Source: an uncultured virus (IMG/VR IMGVR_UViG_3300021599_001640)
Taxonomy: Duplodnaviria > Heunggongvirae > Uroviricota > Caudoviricetes
DNA length: 64,000 bases
IMG/VR virus record: IMGVR_UViG_3300021599_001640
Reading direction: 5' to 3' (one strand)
Notes under the pieces: model-generated
What the model saw: only the letters and a program-made list of their open reading frames with translations
Told to the model about the DNA's origin: nothing
Databases searched by the model: none
Shown here: positions 31,460-42,865 of the stretch, piece after piece
Layout: every line of letters starts with the position of its first letter
How positions within the stretch are numbered: the stretch's first letter is position 1
Made by a program: the position numbers and the translations under genes

Positions 31460-34400
31460 ACTCTCATACACAAAGGAACTCCAATGACTATTGAAATCAC
31501 CAACCAAGTTCGTATTCAACAATACGAAGATTTTTGGTATACAGTAGAAGACACTCACCTTGATGTGGGATGTGATGGTTGCACCATTTCTTATTGGGTA
31601 TATGATGTTGAGAAAGGTGATAAACGAGTACAACACATTTGTATGAATGAAGAACAAGCACTTGCTATTGCTGATGCCATCTACAAACTCTTCAAGAAGG
31701 ACTGAGATGATGACTGAAGAACAAATCCTACAACTTGCTGAAAATTATCTAACTTTTGAAAAGTGGAATGATATTTGTTGGAAGGCAGATACTCTACAAC
31801 TTTTGAACTTTGCCCGAGCAATGTATGATGAAGGTTATGACTATGGATATGATGAAGGTTACAGTAATTGTTCTATTGATATGGGAGATGAGAATGTATG
31901 ACTAAACTTTCTACACAAACACAAGCAATCATAGATGCTGCCGATGAAGTATTTTCTCACGGAGGAACAATTAGAGAGGGTTTTGCTGCTTCTCTTCGTG
32001 TTCTTGCTGATAATGTTGCCCCTGAAAATTATGCCTGTTTTTCGGGGCATAGAGAATGGGATGAAGCACTTGAAACAAGAAAGCACTTGATTTGATGGTA
32101 ATTTCAGATACTTTGTATAGAACTCTTTCTATCGCAGGATTTGAGGGAACTCTTGGTGGATATACAAAAGAAGCAAGAGAAAATGTTGCGAATAAGGTTC
32201 AAACAATTTTGAGTAATATGGAAGTAGAACTAACTGTGGAGAAAACTGATGCCCAAGATGACTTATGAAGAATGGTGTGAAAAAAATCCAATTGATTGGG
32301 ATGAGATTGAAAAAAATGATAATCCAGATATGTTGATTACTAAAACAGGTGTAGAAATGATGCATTATCACCTATACTTGTGGGAATGTAAAAAAGAAGA
32401 AGAAACAAATGACTGACAAACAACCAACTTGGGATGGGATTTACAAATCTCTTAATGTAGGTATTGTGAATGTTTATGAACTCACCGAACACTTGGATAC
32501 ACTCTACACTAAAATTTCTGAACTTGAAGCACGATTGGATAAAGAGGAAGAATACCGACAGGAGCAAAATGACTAAACTCACATCATTAGATTTATACAT
32601 TCTCACCGATACTGTGCTACACTCCATAAGTCACGGTGATTATTGGACTGGTTCTGCTACAAAAGAAGCACGGGATGGTGTCATCAAAAAACTTCAAATG
32701 ATTATGAATGAAATGGAAGTAGAAGTATCTGTGGGAGAAAACTGATGACTTTACTTGAAACACTTGAATACTTTCTCACAGAAACCGCAGCAGATATGGA
32801 TGGTTTGTCTTGGGAAATCCGTGAGGAAACTAACTAAAACACTTTATCAGGATGAGAAGTGTGCCGAAATGGGTTGGGAAACAGATAAACCTACTGTTAT
32901 TATTGTTCTCCGTGAGTTAGTAGCAGAACTCCAATACTATCAGTTTTGTAGAGAGGAAGGTGTGGAAGATATGGTGCTTGATGCCCGTGCTATACTTGAT
33001 GTATGTGATGAATTGGAGAACCTGTGATGAGACATCAACACAACCTCAAACAAACTAAAATGTTGATTGATGCTGTTGAGCATTACATTTACACTATCAA
33101 AGATGCTGCTCCTCAATATGCTGTGAAAGAATACCAAGAGTTGCTGAAAGAACTTGAAGAAGAGGAAGCTCTACTTGAAAGAACTATTAAGAGGGATTTG
33201 TAATGACTAACCTTAAATTCACATCACCAAGTGGAGAAACTACCATAAAAGTTGAAGATACTGGTAGATTGGGAACAGTAGCACCTAAAACACAACTACA
33301 CATTCGCAAAATGGATGAACCAGTGAAATATGAAACTCCTATGACTGAAATTGAAGAACTGAAAGCACAAATCAAAGTGCTTGAAAAGAAGCTCTCATTC
33401 CTTGAAGAACTGGAAAAAACAAAATCACCAGTAGAAGAAGCATACAAAGATTGGTGGGGACAATATCCTAAATTAGAAACTGATTCCAAGTATGATGTTA
33501 TAAGGTGGCAAGGTTTCCAAGCAGGATATAATGCTGCTTATGAAGAAAAGGTAAGTGAAACCGCACAAGAACGAGGAGAACGAGTTCATAATGAAATGGA
33601 AGAAACTATCAAAATCCACGATGGTTATGGTGTAGTTGATTACAAACCAACTCCACAAACACCAGAACAAGTTGCTGATGGATTGAAAGAAGCATTTAGA
33701 GAAGCAGTCAAACAAGGTGTAGTTTCATCTACTAAATCAAAAACACTCACAGACCTGATTTACGATTGGTGGGAAGATGTATTCACAACTCATAGTGATT
33801 GGGATATGGAAACTTCCATTGATAATTTGGTAGATGAAATTAGTTTGTGGTTGCCTACAGAACACGATACTAACAGTTATAAGTGGAATGAGTGTATCCG
33901 AATGATTAGAGAGAAACTACGATGACTGAAAGAAACTTCAAACAAGAGCTCGTTCACTCCTGTTACTATGATATGGAGAATGGATACGACAGCGAAACAA
34001 TTGATTATGATTGTCTGATTGGTATTATCACTGAATTGTGTGATAGAATAGAGCAGTTGGAAAAGGACAACGAGCTCCTGAAATCTTATGCTTGGGAACA
34101 ATGACTGAATACAATCTACCAGAAAAAGATGATGCTCCCTGGTTAAACACTACTTATGATGGATTTATGACCCACGAAGAAATGCTTGAAGTTGCCGCAC
34201 AACGAGAAGCAGCAAATGAAGTGATTGTTGCTAAGGTATCTGAGGAAGACTATCAGAAAGTTCAGAAAGAAGTGGCAAACAAAAAAGCATGGGAAGCAGT
34301 AAAAAAACTGTATGATGAGAATGGTGATGCTCTCCAACAACTTGCTGATATCGAAAAGGAGGAACGAATGGATGCTGTGAGAACTGCTATTGCTGGTATT

Positions 34401-36698
34401 GATAAGTATTCTGATGCTCTCAAAGAACTTAATGAAACTGAAAAAGTAGAACTGCGAGCAGAGTTAGAAGCAAAGAAGAAAGAAAACTTTCAACTGGTTG
34501 CTGATGCTTGTATGAAAGAATATGAGCAGAAGTATCATCGTGATGTATTCCCTGTGGATGAACACTGGGTTTATATGGTTTCTGAATACTTTGGCACAGG
34601 TGAAGGTCAAACCGTGTGTATTATGATGACACAGGCAAATCCTGGTCATCCTGAAGATTTTGAAACATCTACCAATAAGTATGTTGCTTGCACCACTAAA
34701 CAGTATCGTGCTGTGAGAGCATTCCATGAGCAGTTTGGCACTTGGCATCTTCATGGTCTCAGATTTCTCAGTAAAGAAGATTTCTTCAGCGAATATTCAT
34801 ACTACATTCCTCCAGCGATGATGAAACTCCTCAATAGAAGTTGCTTCAAAGACTTCTACACTCGTGTTCACTACAACTTCTCATGACTAAACTTTCTCCA
34901 AAAGCAAAGGCAATTATGGATGTTTTTGATAATGAATATTATCATAAAGCAAAATTACGACAAGTTGCTATTGCTTCTACTCTTCGTGAGTTGATTAAAG
35001 AACTCAAGTATATTGGTATTACTGAAAAGAACATTCTTGAAATTGTTGATGAACTGGAGGCATTATGACTGATAAAGAGCTCTACAACCCTGATGAGTTT
35101 CTACTGGATAACATCAAAGGGTATCACTATGAGGTGATGGATGAAGGACATCATGTGTGGATGGCTTTCTATTTTGAGAATGGTAACACAGGGCACTTGA
35201 ATGTCTTTCTGAATGATGGTAAGATTAACACACGTTATGAAGAGTGGGTGAATGACTTACAAACTTGATGAAAACGCCAAAGCATTCTCTTATACCAAAG
35301 AAGAATTGTTTGATTGCATTACCCGTATTGTTGCACACCCACACACTGCCATTACACATCACGATAAAACTCGTGCTATGGCAATATTTCTTACGTTTGC
35401 CGATTATCTTGGAAACTATACTGAAAGCGACAACAACTTCGGTCATGTTATCTACGAATCAGATTCTACCGATTTTGAGGGACATGTTCTACAGTTGTTG
35501 GGTAAGAATAAGCCGATGGATTTTTATCAACCTGATGTTGATGAGTTACTGAAATGAAAGAGTGGTTTGAAGATGCTTGGTGGTCTTGGACTAATTGTAT
35601 TAACTTTCGACTCGTCAAGTATGGTGACGAGATAGATCGTTTTGCCTTCTTTGAAGAATTAAACAACGGTTGGTATCACATGTATATCTACCCTTATGAT
35701 GACTGGTATCATCCGACTATCTCACAAGAACGAAAAAAGTTTTTAGGCCAAACACCATGACTACTAGAGCGTTACAAATCCTGGAATGTACGATGGAACT
35801 TTCTATGCGTCCTAAAAGTGGCGATAGACAAAAGTTGATTGCTCGTGTAATTCGTGAGGTTGCTGATAGATTATGTACCGATTGGGGAGAACTTGAAGAC
35901 CCTATTGAGATTTTGCGTGAAATTGCTGATGAGGTGGAGGCACTCTAATGTTTGAAACTGAAACAACTTGGTGGTTTGAAAAACAAGACCGCAAAACTTG
36001 GTTACATCGTGCTCAATCAAAACTTGAAGAAGTTGTAGAACGACATGATGATGATATTGAACAAATTGAGAAAAGACTTCGTTATTTGGAGGATAATTTA
36101 TCGTGACTGAAGAACAAAAAACACTTCTTGAAATGGTTGCAGAGGAACTCGGTGGAAAACTTTACACGGTTCTAGTGGCTGATAAGTACAAAGAACACAA
36201 AGAAATTGTAATTAGATATGATGAACAAAAACGATAAGAACCTAGAAGTTAGACTTTATTATTCTTACAAATAAAAAGTTAGATGTTGCAAAAGTTTTCA
36301 AAATGTTACAAGACAAGTCAGCTTCAGATCCAAAATATGTTACAATGTTTAAGGAATGGAGATATTAAGAATGAATGTAACTGAATACAATGTAACTGAC
36401 TGGCAACTAACTCAAGATGAGTTTGCTGATGTGATTCATCTTGTAAAGAATGAAATGCAAAAACATTCTGATGATAAGTTCAAAGAACTTTATTATGGTT
36501 TGATTGCAGGAAAACTATTAATTATGAAGAATGAAACGCAACCGTTCTCAAATAACTGAATTTTATAAAGTTGGTTATATTCTAGACGAAGAACAAAAAT
36601 GGGCTTGTTATTTTGACTTTAATTGTGCTCAAGAAGCTATGATGAAGATGATTCGACTCGGTATAAATGTGACTGGAATGGAAACACAAATGATGGTG

Positions 36699-36755
36699 TG
36701 ACAGTCTGTTGGCTGTCCACTAACCACGCCGAAGGGGCTCAGATCTTGGTATCTT
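36699..36755 (+). promoter_or_regulatory. Dyad-promoter cassette, copy 5
   Basis: TGACAG-TCTGTTGG-CTGTCC, CGCCGA-17-TATCTT, then AGCCATGTTGAGA. Confidence 0.85.
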
Positions 36756-36822
36756 AGCCATGTTGAGACACGGATGTGGTCTTGACGCAACACAAACCCC
36801 TTTCAAGTAACTTCAAGACAAC

Positions 36823-37206
36823 ATGGCGACTCGTTCTCGCATTGGTGTTCAACTCAAGAATGGCTCTGTCCTTTCTGTGTATTGTCACTGGGATGGCTAT
36901 CCGGAGTGGAATGGTAAGAAACTGAAAGAATACTTCAACACTCGGCAGAAAGCTGCGGAATTGGTTGATGGTGGAGACATCAGTGCTCTGTGGACTGATA
37001 AAGATTGGGATGGTAAAGAACAAGAGTTCGGTACTCTTTACTACGAAGGTCGTGGTGATGTAGACACTGAACCCAATTTGAGTGAATCTTTCCAAGACTT
37101 TATCAAGTCCGTGAATGATTCTTGGGCGGATTATGCTTACCTCTTTGCCGATGGTGAGTGGAAGTGTTATACTCCTAAAGGTAATGAAGAAAAAATCCCT
37201 GCCTGA
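36823..37206 (+). CDS. Phage hypothetical protein
   Basis: MATRSRIG..SVYCHWDGYPE; first gene after cassette 5. Confidence 0.75.
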   Translation: MATRSRIGVQLKNGSVLSVYCHWDGYPEWNGKKLKEYFNTRQKAAELVDGGDISALWTDKDWDGKEQEFGTLYYEGRGDVDTEPNLSESFQDFIKSVNDSWADYAYLFADGEWKCYTPKGNEEKIPA

Positions 37207-37490
37207 TATGGAAAACCTCATTCAAGTGAAGTATTACTTCAAGGAACATCCCAACACTACTCTCTCGGTGTTCCTTAAGACTAAAGAACAAGTTGAGGCT
37301 TTCAAGGCTAAACATCCCGACTATGTTTATGTGGAGGCTAAATGATTTACGTTGTTGAACTTTATGTTGGCGGCACTGTCTTCAAAGAAGAAGTGATTGC
37401 TACTAATCCTAAAGATGCCCGCGAAACTGCTCTTGCTCGTAATCCCAAAGCAAAAGTTGTTGGTGTTAACGTTAAATTCTGAAAATTATT

Positions 37491-37898
37491 ATGACTAAAC
37501 AAAACGGATTTATTGACCCTGCTGTTGCTGCTATTGCTGTCGGTGTGGTTGTGATTGGTGGTCTCATCTTCATTGGTGGCCCACAATATAATGTGTGGCA
37601 ACAATCTCTTGCTGGTAAGGCGGAACTGCAGAAAGCAGAATACACACGTCAGGTTGCTGTTCTTGAAGCACAAGCAAAGAAAGATAGTGCTCAACAACTT
37701 GCTGATGCTGAAATCATTCGTGCTACTGGTGTTGCTAAAGCAAACCAAATCATCGGTGATAGTCTGAAAGATAACCGTGAGTATCTTCAGTACCTGTATA
37801 TCACTGGTATTGAAGATGGTGCCAAGAATGGTAACGTGACCATCTATGTTCCCACCGAAGGTGGTATGCCAGTTCCTACTCTTCAAATGAATAAGTGA
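37491..37898 (+). CDS. Membrane-anchored SPFH/band-7 C-terminal-like protein
   Basis: N-terminal TM helix, AE..RA.GVAKANQIIG coiled coil, IYVPTEGGMP. Confidence 0.6.
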   Translation: MTKQNGFIDPAVAAIAVGVVVIGGLIFIGGPQYNVWQQSLAGKAELQKAEYTRQVAVLEAQAKKDSAQQLADAEIIRATGVAKANQIIGDSLKDNREYLQYLYITGIEDGAKNGNVTIYVPTEGGMPVPTLQMNK

Positions 37899-38283
37899 TG
37901 AAACATCTGTTGATTCTTGTGTCTCTGTTGGTAACTTCTCCTGCATTTGCACAAACAAAAGAAGTCACTAAACAGAAAGTATATCGTCCTTTTACATACG
38001 AAACTGCATGTGCATTGGAAACTCCTCAAGAGTTTCAAGTAGATACATGTAAAGTTGTGGAAACTAGGGAGTCTACTGGTGCTCTTCGCACTCGTAATAT
38101 CTTCTCTAATCGTTTCCGTCTTACCATCAAATCTCGTTTTGATAAAGAAAAGGGATTTGTAACTTGGGATTCTCACAATAAGTTTGAGTACAAGTTTGAA
38201 TATAAAGTTGGTGGTGTAGATGGCCTTGGTGCCTGGTCTTATGTAATGCCAGGATTCTTACTTGAGAATGTCTCATGGGACTG

Positions 38284-38337
38284 ATAAGGATCTTTGATCA
38301 ATCAGCCCTTGACTTTCTTCCGTTTTTTTCTTATTGT
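38284..38337 (+). promoter_or_regulatory. Promoter with second upstream motif (ATAAGGATCTYTGATCAAT), copy A
   Basis: Motif at 38284-38302, then TTGACT(38309)-17-TATTGT(38332). Confidence 0.7.
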
Positions 38338-39036
38338 ACTTTTGTTCAACTGATTCACACATGAACGACGATTTCAATTTTGATTCCTTTGATGAAGGTG
38401 ATCTCTATGAATCCTTGATGGAATCTAATCCAGAAGATTGGCTTCCTGATGCTGGTATCCGAGAAGAGTTTGATTCTGAAACTCTTGCCCTTCTACGGAA
38501 CTTTTAGTATAATAAAATGGGTAAGTAGGTGAGTGTTAATGAAGGTTGTTGAAAGACACCGATACGAAAACGGAGAAATCTTTGAGACTAGATCTCTGAG
38601 GTTTCTCCCTTTTTATTACTCGGAAGAGATTGCTGAATCTCTGATGAAGATCATTCGTAATCAACTTACACCTGACTTGCTGACTAAAAAGTATCGCAAG
38701 GAGAATGAAACAAACCCAATGTACGGGCATTGTTATCATTCAACTCAAGCCCTATTTTATCTCATGGAACCTCACGATTTGATTCCAATGAGTGGAATAG
38801 ATTACAGAGGTGATACACACTGGTGGTTGTATGATGACCGAGGAGTTATCTATGACACAACCGCAGATCAGTATTACTCTGTGGGACAAGTTCCCCCACA
38901 TGCTGTTGGAAAGAAAACAGCTTGGTATGGTTGGAAACAACGACCACACCAAAGATCTCTCACTTTAATCATGAGAGTTCTTGATGCTTGTAACATTGAG
39001 TATTGTTACGAAACCATCAAACCTCAGACGGGGGGC

Positions 39037-39065
39037 TTGACATAGTTCTTTGTCTGATCTATACT
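39037..39065 (+). promoter_or_regulatory. Sigma70-type promoter
   Basis: TTGACA-17-TATACT upstream of the DUF262-HNH gene. Confidence 0.75.
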
Positions 39066-39131
39066 CAAAACATCAAAGACACGGACACAATCCCAACTCT
39101 TAATTGAGACGGTCAAAACTCCAAGTCCTAG

Positions 39132-40535
39132 ATGCAAACCTTACAAACAAAAACCATGAAAACTAACACCAAAACGTACACTCTGACTGTATCTCAACTG
39201 GCTTCTCTACAAAAGGACACCAAGATTTATCTTGATGAAGCCTTCCAGTCCAATACACGTTGGAATACTGCAATGAATCAAGCATACATTAAGTCTGTGC
39301 TTGAAGGTAAAGCAATTACCCCCATTACTTTAGGTAAAATCTCTGATCTTTTGAGTTCTATTGAACTTCATTATGGTCCTACTCATTCTGACTATCAATT
39401 TTTTAGGGATCTTCTAGATCAAGATTTCATCTATATCACGATTGATGGAAATAATCGTGATAACTGCATCTGCAAGTTCCTGAACAATGAGTTTCCCCTC
39501 TCTGAAGGGAAATACTATATTGAACACAATAACATTGTGTACTTTGAAGCGACTAAGAACAACAAGTATTTCAAAGATCTAGATGCAGAAGTTCGCAACT
39601 ACATTGAGAACATTTCTCTGAACACTCTTGTAGTTTTGCAATCTGATCGTAAGGGTCTTGCTGAACTGTTCAGTAACATTAATGAGGGTCTTCCCCTTAA
39701 TAATCAAGAGAAACGCAACGCTACTCCTTGTCGTTTCGGTGCTCTTGTTAGGAATCTTGTTCAAAGTCACTTGAATGGATTTTCTATGTTGTATAGTTCT
39801 AAGAACATCAATCGTCGTTATCCCGATGAATTGGTTGTGACAATTTCCACAATCGTTGCTCATGGGATAAAGAATCTGGATAAGAATACTCTAGATGCTG
39901 CTTATGGTGATTCTACGGTTGAGGTTATTTCTTTCAACAAAACCGCAACTATTGTTGAACAACTTTCTAAGATTGTTGTCAACTATGGTGCTGCTGGATT
40001 TGATGTTGGTGGTAAGAAAAACTCTAACCTGATTGACTTTGCAATGTTGTTGAACTATCTCAACAATAACTCGATTGTCATCGAAGATTACGAAGCTTTC
40101 TACAACTGGTTCACTGAAAGTCAGGGAGAACGAATTGAAGATCCTACCATTCTCTACTATGGTAAAAAGGGTAATAATCCTCGTAGTTATGCTGGTCTTC
40201 TCCGTGGATCTTCTTCCAATTTCCTTCAAATCCGACTCAGTAAGTTGGTTGATTCCATCTCTTCTACACCAGACAACGTTCTGACCTTCCGTGACAAAGA
40301 TCGCAAGTATGATCCTAAGATTCGATTCTCTCTTTGGAAATCTCAGGGTGGGCGATGTGCATTGACTGGTGAACCTATTGATGCACGTCACATCTACGAT
40401 GGATCTGTGACTCATATCGACCATAAAGATCCTTGGTCGAAAGGTGGACAAACTACAGTTGAAAATGCACAACTGGTATTTGCAAATGCAAATCTCCGTA
40501 AAGGTGCTCAACTCGTAGAAGTTCCCTCTCTTTGA
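39132..40535 (+). CDS. DUF262 (GmrSD N-terminal/ParB-like) plus C-terminal HNH endonuclease
   Basis: FQ..RW, IDGNNR and LF.NINEG.PL (DUF262 motifs); HIDHKDPWSKGG.T..EN......N (HNH). Confidence 0.8.
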   Translation: MQTLQTKTMKTNTKTYTLTVSQLASLQKDTKIYLDEAFQSNTRWNTAMNQAYIKSVLEGKAITPITLGKISDLLSSIELHYGPTHSDYQFFRDLLDQDFIYITIDGNNRDNCICKFLNNEFPLSEGKYYIEHNNIVYFEATKNNKYFKDLDAEVRNYIENISLNTLVVLQSDRKGLAELFSNINEGLPLNNQEKRNATPCRFGALVRNLVQSHLNGFSMLYSSKNINRRYPDELVVTISTIVAHGIKNLDKNTLDAAYGDSTVEVISFNKTATIVEQLSKIVVNYGAAGFDVGGKKNSNLIDFAMLLNYLNNNSIVIEDYEAFYNWFTESQGERIEDPTILYYGKKGNNPRSYAGLLRGSSSNFLQIRLSKLVDSISSTPDNVLTFRDKDRKYDPKIRFSLWKSQGGRCALTGEPIDARHIYDGSVTHIDHKDPWSKGGQTTVENAQLVFANANLRKGAQLVEVPSL

Positions 40536-40550
40536 GAACTTATCTAATCC

Positions 40551-40605
40551 ATAAGGATCTCTGATCAATGGCCCTCTTGCCCCGCAACGGGTAAGAGGGT
40601 ATTCT
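40551..40605 (+). promoter_or_regulatory. Promoter with second upstream motif, copy B
   Basis: ATAAGGATCTCTGATCAAT, TTGCCC(40577)-17-TATTCT(40600), then AGCTATGTTGA; hairpin CCCTCTT/AAGAGGG spans the spacer. Confidence 0.7.
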
Positions 40606-40627
40606 AGCTATGTTGAAACGCAATTCA

Positions 40628-41874
40628 ATGAATCTCCGACCACACCAAGAACGTGCAGTTGAGGTAATGCAACTGCATAAAAAGGGTCAAATCATTGTTC
40701 CCACTGGTGGTGGTAAAACAATGAAGATGATCAAAGACGCAATGATTCAATTCCAGGAACAGAAATGATCGAAATGCAATCACAAACTGAAAAAACGATT
40801 GTTGTTGTTGCTCCTCGTATTCTTCTCGCAGAACAACTTTGTTCCGAGTTTCTGGAGTTTATCACCAACGCAAGTGTGATGCACGTTCACAGTGGTGAAA
40901 CTCATCACTTTTCGACTACCAAACCCCAAGAGATTTCTAACTGGTGGGTGAATACTCGTGGTCACAAACTAATCTTCACCACTTACAACTCTCTGGAGAG
41001 GTTGCAACAATCTCGCATCAAGGTTGACACCATTTACTTTGACGAAGCTCACAACTCCGTCAAACGCAACTTCTTCCCTGCAACTGAATACTTCAGTCAG
41101 GAAGCTGACCGTTGTTACTTCTTCACTGCGACTCCCAAACATTCACTCGCAGTTGGTAAGCCTGGGATGAATGATGTAGAAGTTTATGGCCAAGTCATTT
41201 GTAATGTTCCTGCACCTGAACTTGTCGAAGGTGGTTACATCCTGCCTCCGAAAGTTATCGCAAAACAACTTCCGATGGTAAAGTCTGGTAAGATTCCTGC
41301 AGATCGTGACTGTGAGAATCTGATTGAGACTCTGGATGAATGTGGTAAGGGTAAAGTGTTGATCTGTGCGAAAGCTACCAAACAGATCTCTGCACTGATG
41401 TCTGAGACTGACTTCATTCAACAACTGCAAGATCGCGGATTCTCTTACCTCTACATCACCGCAAAGACTGGTGCAATTATTGATGGTAAGAAGGTGAATC
41501 GTGAGGTGTTCTTTGATACTCTCTCTGCATGGGGTAAGGATGACTCTAAGAAGTTCGTTGTTCTCCACCACTCCATCCTTTCTGAGGGTATCAATGTGTC
41601 AGGTCTGGAAGGTGTCATCTTTATGCGTTCGATGGACTACATTGGTATCTCCCAAACCATCGGCCGTGTGATTCGGATGCACCATGATGATGCAGCTCGC
41701 ATCCATAGTGGTGAACTTGTCCCTGGTGATGTTGACAACTATACCAAATCTTTCGGTCTAGTTGTTGTTCCTGTCTTCAACAAAGTTGGGATCTCTACTC
41801 ACCAGAAGATCCAAGCTGTGGTGGATACGATCTTCCAAAAAGGAATGCCCGCTATTTCTGTCGTAAAACGATGA
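40628..41874 (+). CDS. SF2 DEAH helicase, split into 40628..40768 and 40765..41874
   Basis: LRPHQ and VPTGGGKT are in the first frame; TTYNS, DEAH, TATP, LSEGI and QTIGRVIR are in the second. Confidence 0.85.
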
Positions 41875-42425
41875 TGGAAAAGTGGGAAGTCTACGCTGAA
41901 GGCACCTTCAACAATATGAGGGCCAATGCACACAACTGGGAACGATCTTTCGATGACAAACGAAAGATCTCCCGTGATTTTTACTACGGGGTTTTTGATG
42001 CAGGAAATCCCAACCCTACGAACCTGATCAGTGAACAAGCTTTGGAGAATCAACTCTCCAAACAATACAGGCTAAATACTCTGGATCACTACCACTCTCC
42101 ACAATTTGTTGGTCGAATGATTATGGAGAATCGAGACAAATATCTAGAGGATTATGAAGAGTTCAAGAAGATCTTTCTGGTCTGCACACAACAAATTGTT
42201 GTGACCAAAAAGGAGAATGAATCTCTGTCATTCTTGACTGCACCTGACAAAGAAGATTATAAGGTTCTTGTACCTACCAATCTCAAGTACAACCATCTTG
42301 GTATCAGATTGTATCAGAGACAAGAGGGTAAAACTAGGTGGAAAAACTCCGATCCAATTGATTCCAACATTCTGGAGATTCCTGAAGATCTGTTAGAATA
42401 TGAGAAAAAGTATCTAGTAACGTAA
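41871..42425 (+). CDS. Hypothetical protein (possible nuclease)
   Basis: 184 aa, coupled to the helicase; LDHYHSPQ motif. Confidence 0.6.
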   Translation: MMEKWEVYAEGTFNNMRANAHNWERSFDDKRKISRDFYYGVFDAGNPNPTNLISEQALENQLSKQYRLNTLDHYHSPQFVGRMIMENRDKYLEDYEEFKKIFLVCTQQIVVTKKENESLSFLTAPDKEDYKVLVPTNLKYNHLGIRLYQRQEGKTRWKNSDPIDSNILEIPEDLLEYEKKYLVT

Positions 42426-42865
42426 TGAACTACAAGTTTATACCAGATAAGTACCAACTATGTAAAAATGTAACTTGGGAAGATGTAATCAATAAAATGG
42501 ATGTGGAGATCTACAATCAATCACACAAATTGATTGTAGACTATGGAATCGCTCCAACAATTATCTTACATGAAGACTATTATCCAGGATCTATTTCATC
42601 TGCATTTAACGAAGTCCAGCAAGATCTAAATATTGAAGTTCTTCACATTTATACTTCTCTTGGTAGAAATGCCAAGACTTTTGGTAGACATTGTGATACA
42701 ATGGATGTAGTAATTGTTCAATCCATAGGGAGAATCTATTACGATTTTGATTGTGGATCTAGGGTAGAACTTAATCCAGGAGATGCACTCCACATTCCGA
42801 AAGGAATCTATCATAACCCCATTGTTTTTGAACCTAGAGTTACCCTGAGCTTTTCTTGGACATGA
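42425..42865 (+). CDS. JmjC/cupin-domain oxygenase
   Basis: FGRHCD, LNPGDALHIPKGIYH and R.TLSF motifs. Confidence 0.75.
   Translation: MNYKFIPDKYQLCKNVTWEDVINKMDVEIYNQSHKLIVDYGIAPTIILHEDYYPGSISSAFNEVQQDLNIEVLHIYTSLGRNAKTFGRHCDTMDVVIVQSIGRIYYDFDCGSRVELNPGDALHIPKGIYHNPIVFEPRVTLSFSWT

Larger units (their letters stand above)
26113..36698 (+). other. Dense array of about 40 small, translationally coupled hypothetical ORFs (hypervariable region I)
   Basis: Contiguous + strand ORFs of about 35-265 aa with ATGA/TAATG overlaps, e.g. 26113, 26511 (glycine zipper, signal peptide), 26894, 27141, 27549, 28103, 30521, 33203 and 34101. Confidence 0.75.

Noticed and set aside
40350..40535. HNH as a homing endonuclease or intron ORF
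   Set aside because: It is the C-terminal domain of an uninterrupted DUF262 protein, and no host gene is split around it.
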